Assembly (NCBI GenBank): GCA_032718475.1
Contig: JAUCBJ010006379.1
Coordinates: 1-36,185, forward strand
Direction of reading: 5' to 3'
DNA length: 36,185 bases
Source: Nemertoderma westbladi
Lineage: Eukaryota > Animalia > Xenacoelomorpha
Part shown: piece by piece, positions 22,501 through 31,257 of the stretch
Position numbering within the stretch: position 1 is the first letter of the stretch
Layout of the letters: each line of letters opens with the position of its first letter
Notes under the pieces: generated by a model
The model's input: the letters and a program-made list of their open reading frames with translations, nothing else
The model's database searches: none
Told to the model about the DNA's origin: nothing
Position numbers and translations under genes: made by a program

Positions 22501-23369
22501 TGATGCGGCACACAGAGAAGCATTACAGCATTATCTTTGTCAGCAACAACACAAGAGCGGTGGGAATAGAACTTGCACAGGACGCTACGGCATTGGCATT
22601 TATTAATGGCTTAGAGAGGTTTGTAACCCGCAGAGGGGGGATGGTGGAGGTGTTATCTTCGGATAACGGAACCAACTTTGTGGGAGCGGAGAATGAGTTG
22701 GCCGAGGCTTTCGACATCCTAGAAGGAGATGATGCCAGAGCGGCTATGAGAAAGCATCTCATAAAGTGGGAAAGGAGAATGCCATACGCATCACATACAC
22801 TAGGGTGTGTGGAGAGGCTTGTGGGAAGCTCCACACGCCTGATGACCAAACTGATGAACAACCATATGGTCACGGAAGACGTATTAAGAACAGTGTTAGC
22901 CAAGTGCGAGGGAATCATTAATAGCAGACCACTATATCCCAAGAACGATGACCCGGAATCACTGGACATCCTAACACCAGGTCATTTACTCATGGACAGG
23001 CCGGCGACGATCGACATGCGGGGTATAGATCCAGATGACATACATTTACGCCAAAGCTGGAAAGTTGCCAAGGCAATAAGTGCGGAGTATTGGACGAGAT
23101 GGATAGAAGAGTATCTTCCAACACTACGTAGGAGGAGTAAGTGGAGGAATACTAGCAGAGAGTTGAAGAAGGGTGACTTGGTAATCGTCACAGACGACAT
23201 AATTATCAATAACCAATGGAGACTAGCCAGAGTGGTATATACGTACCCCGATGAGGACGGAAGAATTAGGTCGGTGGAAGTGAGGAATGGAGGAAATATA
23301 GGGGCCAAAGATATGAAAACCTACAGAAGGGCAGTAGGAAAGTGTTGCCTATTGGAAGGGTCACCTTAA
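19550..23369 (+). pseudogene. BEL/Pao pol (post-protease region, RT, RNase H, integrase) with stops and frameshifts
   Basis: Post-protease: AILTPFGWTLSG. RT: CDIEGMFNQV, RFLW, FYIDDG. Pao RNase H: IYDPLG, FSDASLEAYG, PKLELTAA, DSMVVLGW, FVANRV, NPADLLSRG. Split across ORFs starting at 19580, 20257, 20955, 21726 and 22041. Confidence 0.92.
22041..23369 (+). CDS. Still-open integrase portion of BEL/Pao pol (HHCC, DDE core, C-terminal DUF5641-like region)
   Basis: H-x4-HGG...CQTC zinc-binding motif; catalytic triad GMDMFGP, SDNGTNFVGA, GCVERLV; WIEEYLPTLRRRSKW. Part of a broken polyprotein, not an independent gene. Confidence 0.7.
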   Translation: MQRKGYTDEVDRVSKQQRLGRDSELNPLSPQLNDDGILVMNSRVVNNNSPVIPLKPVLIPNKSPVVHQIIWDSHKSILHGGTNQTLMEIRKTFWVIQLRKMVKAVVGQCQTCQQTRKERAIQEMAPLQANRVRHHDPPFTHCGMDMFGPIKIKVMRHTEKHYSIIFVSNNTRAVGIELAQDATALAFINGLERFVTRRGGMVEVLSSDNGTNFVGAENELAEAFDILEGDDARAAMRKHLIKWERRMPYASHTLGCVERLVGSSTRLMTKLMNNHMVTEDVLRTVLAKCEGIINSRPLYPKNDDPESLDILTPGHLLMDRPATIDMRGIDPDDIHLRQSWKVAKAISAEYWTRWIEEYLPTLRRRSKWRNTSRELKKGDLVIVTDDIIINNQWRLARVVYTYPDEDGRIRSVEVRNGGNIGAKDMKTYRRAVGKCCLLEGSP

Positions 23370-23429
23370 AGTTTAGTCGTTCAATATATTGGACTGAGGG
23401 GGGTGGGTAGAACATAGCAGTAAGTTACA

Positions 23430-23920
23430 TAGCGAGTACCATAGAACCTGTAGGCACTGAGGGTGCCACGTAGTAAGCGGAATTAAAGGGTATGTAGGCA
23501 TACCATAGTAGTAGGGTACATAGTGCCGTAGAATTTGTGGGCACTGAGGGCGCCACGTAAGAAAGTAAAGGCTATGTATGTATACCATAGAAGTAGGGTA
23601 CATAGTACCATAGAAGTTGTGGGTACTGAGGGCTCCATGTAGTAAGTGGAAGTGAAGGGAATGTACGCATATCATAGTAGTAGTAGTAGGGTACATAGTA
23701 CCGTAGAAGTTTTGGGCACTGAGGGTGCCACGTAGTGAGTGGAAGTGAAGGGTATGTACAGATACCATAGTAGTAGTAGTAGGGTACATAGTACCGTAGA
23801 AGTTTTGGGCACTGAGGGTGCCACATAGAGACTGGAAGTGAAGGGTATGTACAGATACCGTAGTAGTAGTAGGGTACATAGTACCGTAGAACCTGTAGGC
23901 ACTGAGGGCGCCACGTGAGG
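23430..23920 (+). repeat. ~90-bp tandem repeat, ~6 copies, in the BEL/Pao 3' non-coding region
   Basis: GGCACTGAGGGYGCCAC recurs at ~23453, 23541, 23622, 23716, 23807 and 23898. Units contain a variable (TAG)n tract. Confidence 0.9.
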
Positions 23921-24223
23921 AAGTGAGAAGGTAGATAGTGATAGTAGCACAGGCAGGGGGAGAACATAGATAAAAACAAAATAAAGGTCAAATAATTAGG
24001 GCAATATTAGCACGAAGGAAAAAACAAGGTAGGAGGAAGGCCATTACTGAACGAAACTTGTAACATCTTGTTTAACGGCACTCACTTAAATTGAGCCTTT
24101 GTAAGGCTCCACCAATTGGGTGAGCATGGGAAAGTTGGTGATGGCAGAGAGATTAGTGAAGAAGAGAAAGGCGGAGAAAGCATGGAACGGGCGGGACCGG
24201 GAGTGACGAGTCATATCACCTCC

Positions 24224-24988
24224 AAGAGGGGGGGTTAAGACGCGTCATGTAGATGAGCATATAATATAATACATGATATAATAATTAATTATTATATATA
24301 ACTCGTATGTATATTATATAATATACCATAGTCAAGTACAACCTTTTTTCCAATTAGCTACTGGGACTGGGGACTAATTGACTAGAACAGCAGGACGAGA
24401 CTTAGACGGATCCCACTGACATGATGCGCACATGTGTGGGACCCAATAAGTGTATGGAGAATATAAAACAAAAATGGGGAATCGGGGGAAGTATGGAGAG
24501 GAGGTGTTGGCACGCGTAGAAGTGAAAGGAGCGAGCAATGAGAGAGGATGAGTCCTAAGGCACCGGAGTGAGAGTAAGCTTCAGTGAGGTCCGTGAGGAA
24601 GATTTGTGTATGGTTAAAGAAGAATTGTATGGAGAGTGAGCATAATGGTCTCAAACTGAGATACCAGATACCTTGGTGCAACATAGCTCGCGAATACATC
24701 AAGGATGGGTAGTAACAACAGACCCATGGGGGCCAGTCTGGAAAGCCGACCCCGAGAAGAAAACTCCACCCCACATCCAATAATAGATTGGGTTCCAGCG
24801 GAATTGAAGCGCACTTGAGGTTGATGCTATCTTCTCACCGGGAAGATAGCATGGGGGGAGTGTAAGCAGATTCAATTCCCTTACATTACCCACCCGAAAA
24901 TGGGACCAGTGGCATTTTACCAATATAGTTGGGGATAGGAGATTACCAGGGGATACGAGATTACCAATAATAATCTCGCCTCATAACC
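24224..24988 (+). repeat. Polypurine tract (AAGAGGGGGGG, 24224-24234) followed by putative 3' LTR
   Basis: The PPT lies at the expected position after the 3' UTR. Short terminal inverted repeat GGTTAAGACGCG (24233-24244) / CGCCTCATAACC (24977-24988). No 5' LTR in the window for confirmation. Confidence 0.5.
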
Positions 24989-25049
24989 AACTCGGGGGGC
25001 GACACAGGCCCTAAAGCCACAGAGAGAGGTGAGAGGTCAAACCACCTCA

Positions 25050-25780
25050 TCACATACAATCATCACCCGGAGAATGATACGATGAGATCGTGCAGTACTT
25101 ATGGTGGAATCCATGAATGGCGAACTTAGTGATCATGGGTCTGCTTTTAGAGATGGGATCGGTCCATTGTCTGTCTCTGAACGCAATTGATGAAAAGAAT
25201 TCTGGTGAAATTGACATATATTTCTCAGTAATTGCATCTAAGTATTTTTGATATTCGGAGGTATGTGGAAGATTTAATTTCCGGATGATTTCCTCAACCA
25301 GCTGTTTTTCTTCGCAGACAGCCAAGACCAGTCAATTTTTCGTCGTTTTGTGTACTCCCGATGACTTTCTTTAAGTAAGATGCCTTAATTCTATCAATGT
25401 CATGCATATTTCTTGCCGATAGGAATGGCCAGATTTTTCGAAATCTGTACTCAATTACAGGTTGAACTTTCAGATGGAATAGCGCAATGGCAGTATTGAG
25501 CGAGAGTAAATGAGGTTTATTTATGGAGTGTGCTGCTTTCATCGCTTTACATATGAGAGCGAGTATATGCTTACTAAAAGTAAGTGTCGTCTGGAATACT
25601 ACACCTAGGTATTGACAAGAGTTAGATATAGATATTGTTTGCCCGTTAAAGTATAACTTGTCGTCGGCGCACAAACGTCCACCTCACCAGAATTTTATAA
25701 CCGATGTTTTGTCCAAGTTAATGGATAAACCATTCTCAACGCACCAGGCTGCAGTGGCATCAAGACCAGCTTGAATTACA
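25050..25780 (-). pseudogene. LINE-2 ORF2, C-terminal part (RT thumb region and His/Cys-rich tail)
   Basis: VIQAGLDATAAWCVENGLSINLDKT continues directly from FADDLCFYSNSRD at ~29250. Also QYLGV and FAIHGFHHKYC; contains a stop and a frameshift. Confidence 0.85.
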
Positions 25781-26164
25781 CGTTCGTGGGGCCTTCGCGC
25801 AGCACGAGGCCCAGTTATGAGATACAAATTAAAATTGTGCGACTGTATCACAAAATCAGGTTATGAGAGATTAACCCACACCACCAATTAATCAAAGAAA
25901 GGGGGACAGTACGTGTTCACCCCTTTTAATCTGCACCCCCCCCCCCCCTCCCCCCACCCACCAATACATAACGCGACATCTACCACCTACGGAAGGGTAG
26001 CACGAACTTATTTCCAAACGCACGTTCAATATGCAAAGCCAGGTGGTTTATAGGAATATAATCAATGCAGTACTCGTCTTCATTATAAGCCTCTTTGCGT
26101 TCGACCTGTTTTGTATTAAAATATATTTATTACACGCAGGCTGACGCTCTTTATAATAATAATA

Positions 26165-26506
26165 CCTAGGGATGCCAGCTTCCAGACTTTCAATCTTTAC
26201 TGCCGCGCAAACCCCGCAGAGGAAGTTTTGGTTTGAGAGATCAAGCCCATCGGCAATAGGTGTTTCAATTTCGGTCCAGGAACTCTGACAATGGGAGCAT
26301 TCAATCTTAGCTGTGGTCCATTCCCGTGGTTTCGGCTTCCTTTTCTTCGTCCCAATGACAGATTCTTCTGAAGACGTTCAATTCGCTTTCAGTTTATTGT
26401 TGGCGTTTGTGTTTTGAAGTTGTATTCGAGTGGACAGTCGCGCCGGTTTCGAGGTAACCATACCGACCTGTGATAAGCGTTGGTTTTGTTGAGTGCCGGT
26501 ATTCAT
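26165..26506 (-). pseudogene. Fragment encoding a C4 zinc finger, resembling CR1/L2-group ORF1 N-termini
   Basis: Manual translation from ATG 26506: MNTGTQ...KAN*TSSEESVIGTKKRKPKPREWTTAKIECSHCQSSWTEIETPIADGLDLSNQNFLCGVCAAVKIESLE (C-x2-C-x23-C-x2-C). One in-frame TGA at 26378-26380. Not in the supplied ORF track. Confidence 0.55.
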
Positions 26507-26959
26507 CTTCTCTCACCTCTTCAATGTCAGATTTTGCAAATACTGATAACACGAATAACGGTATATATTTCAATACTTGTCAATAGTAATATATATAATT
26601 TAGATAACTATTTTATATCTGTACTGTTGAGCAAACTCTACATAAATTTCAACCTGTGTATCGCCGGTAGTGCTGTTGCTGTGCAAGTGCTGAAGTGCTA
26701 TTTGCCACCGGTCACGCGGTCAGCCGGTACCGGTAGTAGGGTGGTACCATGGCCTACTACACACAGGCCATGACAAGGACTTTGCTGTGAAATTAGCGTA
26801 GGCTGACTAATGAATTATCAAATATTATATTTTCCATGAATGCAGGGTCCATATTTAAAAGAAGATGACTAGATTTTCGTAAAGAATTTAATTGAAACAG
26901 TATTTAATAATTAATAAATTAATTATCGCTAGAGTTCCTGCAGCTTTTATTTGTTTGTG

Positions 26960-27280
26960 GCTGAAACTGGCTATGTTTGTGGCAGGAATGTTTGAAAAGC
27001 TAATAAGTCGGTCAATCATGGATGAAATGGAACCAAACTTGGTACACATGTAGTCTATAAAAAATTTAGAAATTCTACACACAGACAGACTTCTACAGTT
27101 CCCCGGTCTGCCGCTAGGGGGCGAATTAACAGAAACGTAAAAATAGCTGTAATTATAGAACCAAAGATCAGATTCATCTGAAATTTAGTAGTAGTTACCT
27201 AAGAGCATTGCTTAATTAGAAATTCTACAGAGACTTTTACAGTTCCTGCCTGCCGCTAGTGGGGAATTGTTAGAGCTCCA
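26960..27280 (-). mobile_element. HINE-like relic related to 29060-29130, opposite orientation, with two ~140-bp subunits
   Basis: The reverse complement of 26994-27052 (ACATGTGTACCAAGTTTGGTTCCATTTCATCCATGATTGACCGACTTATTA) resembles 29069-29120. TTAGAAATTCTACA...TACAGTTCC...TGCCGCTAG occurs twice. Confidence 0.5.
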
Positions 27281-27386
27281 GTTCAACGTGCTTAGCACGG
27301 TTTAATAAACAATCAATTAATTATTTTATTCAATACAGTAATTATAACAGTAAATTGCAATGTATTCTATTTTTTAGTGAAATCAA

Positions 27387-27643
27387 GAGATAGGAGGGGG
27401 GTGGGACTGGACGCAAATCCCATCTTGGCGAATTAATATCCCGCCTCAATATTAATTTCTAAATTTTGGGAAAGGAGCAGGTTACAGTGGCACGTTATTT
27501 TAACCAAAACAATAAAGTAAACACAATAGAACAGGTTACAGTTTTATTTTTGAGAGTAATCAGCTGTTGTTATTTGCGTCCAATTTCCCCTGGAGAGGGA
27601 TGAATTTTTATTGCGTCCAGTTCCCCCCCCCCCCCCCTATCTT
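27387..27643. mobile_element. ~260-bp MITE, GAGAYAGGGG family, copy 2
   Basis: Colinear with 9599-9859. TSD GAAATCAA at 27379-27386 and 27644-27651, extendable to 9 bp (TGAAATCAA). Confidence 0.88.
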
Positions 27644-29247
27644 GAAATCAAATACCAAAAATATATTTATTATATGAACAATCTAATTGGAAATTGTAAG
27701 TTCGGCCTATGTCTTTACCATAAGCTCAGTATCTTTATCTGGTGTGTTTTTATTATTTTACCAATTATTTAATATGTTTGATAGAATTGAACAACACCGC
27801 CCAACACAACCAACTCTCTATCCGCCTCGAGCATCGAGAATACGAGAAACTCGATCGAAATACCTGCTTATCCCAGTAGTATCCGTCCGTAGTCACCGGA
27901 CCGCTGCGGTTTACTCCCGTAGAACAGTAGAATTCCCGCAGCTTCCGACCCAATTCGACAACGAATTCGCTTCACACTTTCGCGTCACAGAGAACGTAAT
28001 CCAGTGCGATAACGTCTGCCCAACGTTCAACCATTTCCCCCAGGTGATCCCAGGATCCGGGCCGCCGCTAAACCCAGATCACAATCCTCGTCGATTCGTC
28101 CAGTCGTCGACGTAAGTCAGTAAGTGGGACTCTTACCACCGCACTCCAAGGTGGGTGACCGGAGTGAGGCATGAGGAACTTGGCAGTGGCCCGCATTACG
28201 ATCTGACCGACCGCCGTATTCCCAGTGTCTGAGTGTAGTAAATACCCAAATAGAATCGTACTGACAAACAAGCAATTCCGTAGTATTCCCCCGTTAATCA
28301 CCTCTTAAAGCAACTCGGCTGCTCGGGTCCAGACACATCGGACTGTCGGGAGCGTTTCAGACAGTAATGGAGCGGCATTTGCGAATATTTCCAATGGTTT
28401 TATAATAAATAAGGGGATTCAACAGTTCAATGCTAAAACAAATGTATTATTCCTAACCCCACCCCAATACAGCAATATACCTAACAGTATATAGCTTAGG
28501 TACCACAGTCTGACAGTACCATAATCAGCACAGTCAGCCTACGCTAATTTCACAGCAAAGTCCTTGTCATGGCCTGTGTGTAGTAGGCCATGGGTGGTAC
28601 CTACGGTGCGCACTACAACGGCAGTACAGCAATACGGTGTACCGTGCCAATGACTGAATGATTAGCGGTAACTATCTAAACTATTATATTATTATTACCG
28701 GTGCCGGTACTGGGCTAATTAGGCCTAAACTATAATCACTGCAAGGGTTCCGGGGCCATGTTTAATTAGATTATTGATATGGCATGTCTGCAGTGTATGG
28801 TACCGGCTGACCAGTATTGCAGTATTGACTGATTGCAGGATTCTCGATTCAGGGATTGAGTACAGCCTGACAGTACCAGTACACATGGTACATGCAGAAT
28901 TGCAAAATTTGTCAGAAACCCAGCTGATTTATCCTACAGTAATAATAATTTAACGCATTTTAAATTTGGATAAATAAATTTATTATAACTGCAATAACAG
29001 TTACACTGATGCTGCACGAAGGCCCCACGCAAATTCTACTTGGAAAATTTTCAAACTTTTGCCAAACAACATGTGTACCAAGTTTGGATAGATTTCATCA
29101 AGGATTGGCCGAGTTATTAACGTTTAAAATAAAATACTGAAAAAAAACGCGACAGAACGACAGAACGGCAGAACGACAGAACGACAGAACGACAGGTTGA
29201 TTAATGGTACCACTACGCTAAGGCTCACTCACTTCGTGGCTCGCCCC

Positions 29248-31215
29248 ACATCCCTGGAGTTACTATAAAAGCAAAGATCATCAGCGAATAGTAAGATAAT
29301 TATTTCACCGATGTCCTTCGCAAATCTCTTAATTAATTGACCAGATCATATATATATATAAGATAAAAAAAATGGGCTTAATTAACGAGTCTCCCTGTAG
29401 TAGACCTCTAGTTTGCTGGATAACTTTGGATTTCCGGAGACCATCATAGATTTGAATGAAGTTTAAATCCAGAATTGCTATAATAATGTTAAGTAATTTT
29501 CCTCGAATGTTGAAAGAATTTTTTAATTTAAGTAACAATTTATATCGCGGGACGGAGTCGAATGCCTTCCTAAAGTCTATGAATGCGCAGTAGAGAGGCT
29601 TTCTGGGTGTGGAGAGATTTAAATGAATTCTATTTATAAGTTGAGCCAGTGGTGCCATAATCAACTTTCCAGGCATAAACCCAAATTGTTCAATCGGGAT
29701 CTTGTGAGATAGTGACTTTCTCAAGCGAGTTTCAATGAGGCCTGTAAATACCTTATAAAGATTGTACAGTAGTGAAATTCCTCTATATGCATCGGGATTG
29801 AAGCGCGAACCTTTTCCTTTAAAAAGGACTTCCCTGAGGCTTGTTTTCCAGTAAGTTACCAGAGTTCCGGTGGATACAATTGTGTTAAACATTGAGGTTA
29901 GAATAAACAATATAACTGGGAGGGCGGTTTTCAGTAGCTCGTAAGGTCCACCTGACTTACCATTTGATTTGCGATTCAAGTTTGCCGATACTTCTTCCTC
30001 TGTAAAAGGCGCCATATCATCGTCGGTGTCCATCTCGAGATTCTTGTACTCAATTGCAAGCTCATTGAATGAACCTTGATCGTCACTGTCTCCACCTAAA
30101 AGTTTTGAAAAGTGGTCCTCCCACTTATCAATTGGAACCGGACAGCTTGATTGAGGCTTGTTCTTCTTACACCATTTGTATGGGTAACTCGGCATCGGTA
30201 ATCAGTTTCCCTTCGATTTGTTTAGCATATTCCACTTGTTTTTGCATTAGGAGAAGTTTGTGTTGTTGTTTCTCCTCGCACAGCAACAGTCTGATTGATG
30301 CTTCGGATTTCGTGGTGGTGTTGAGATTCAAGATGGCTTTACGCTTCTCGTAGCACGACGAATCAAACCATGGTTTGTCGTGGTGGCTGGATGGTTTCGA
30401 TATCGGAGCAGTGTCCCTTACAGCGCTAGTAAGCGTATCGTAGGCATCGTCTAGCCTATTTTGAAGAATGAGTTCTTTGGTAAGTTCAAGTTTATCACTG
30501 TTCTGGAGTGTTTGAATATCGACCATTCGTTTCCACGCAGGTGTAATCACGCTCTCTGCCGATTTTGCAGTCCTTTCGTTGGCCCATGTGGCGCGAACTG
30601 GTATATGTTTCCTAAGGGGGTTCGGGATATGGGGGATAGAGGTTGATTGATGGTTGGAATACACTAAAGACGGCGCTGCTGCCGTTGTGACATATATATG
30701 TAGGCGATTTATCATTTTGAAGCCATAGTTCAACGGCGCCCATGAGGTCGTTCAGTGCGACTGCCTTTGGATTATCTTCAACATTGATTCGAGCATTAAA
30801 GTCCCCGCCTAAGATAATTGGGATATTACAATTTGTTGGCTGTTCGTCTAAAATACAGAGGACTCCCTCAATAAGGTCTTCGAGGCTTGTATCCGGATTG
30901 AAATAACAGCACAGAAATGTAGCGATATCGGTAGAGATTGCCACATAGTTATCATCTTTAGAAATTAGTTTCGGGTTTAAATGCGGCTTGGCGGCAATTG
31001 TTACTCCTCCTTTTGGTCATCCCAGTTGACCCTTTAGTTGCCAGGCTATCGAATGAATAAAAACCAGGTAGGTTAACGTTGTTTAAGGTAAGAGTTTCAC
31101 TAAGTAAAAGAACATTGTTTTGGAATATTGGGTCGTTGTGTGATGAGTCTATAACCGATTTTAGGCCCTCCACATTCCATAGAATAATGGAAAGCTGATC
31201 GGGAGGATTCGTTTC
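29248..31215 (-). pseudogene. LINE-2 ORF2, N-terminal part (APE plus RT through FADD)
   Basis: ILWNVEGL, LSET, CYFNP, GGDFNARI, KPWFD, YRGISLL, QFGF, DFRKAFDSV, GLLQGDSL, LFADDL; several frameshifts. Confidence 0.9.
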
Positions 31216-31257
31216 TTGTCAATTGGGAGTACTCTCATACGTCGCTGCCAGGTAGAC

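Larger units (their letters stand above)
19550..25050 (+). mobile_element. BEL/Pao LTR retrotransposon, 5'-truncated and decayed
   Basis: RT-RNaseH-integrase order with Pao-specific motifs, a tandem-repeat 3' UTR, a polypurine tract and a probable 3' LTR. The right boundary is uncertain (24988-25052). Confidence 0.9.
26748..28592. mobile_element. P-element-like non-autonomous transposon
   Basis: Perfect 61-bp TIRs CATGGCCTACTACACACAGGCCATGACAAGG...GGCTGACT (26748-26808, 28532-28592). Perfect 8-bp TSD GGTGGTAC (26740-26747, 28593-28600). CAT...ATG termini with an 8-bp TSD fit the P superfamily. Confidence 0.88.
25781..29247 (+). mobile_element. Helentron/HINE-like non-autonomous rolling-circle element carrying nested cargo
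   Basis: Clean insertion in the LINE RT (ACA on both sides, 25778-25780 and 29248-29250). 5' GC hairpin GGGCCTTCGCGCAGCACGAGGCCC. 19/20 inverted repeat 25785-25804 vs 29010-29029. ATGTGTACCAAGTTTGG core, (CGACAGAA)n at 29150-29195 and GGCTCGCCCC end. Boundaries are firm; the class is inferred. Confidence 0.6.

Noticed and set aside
23373-23991. Tyr/Thr-rich minus-strand ORFs as an env-like or accessory gene
   Set aside because: They are translations of the ~90-bp tandem repeat in all three frames, with no signal peptide or domain.
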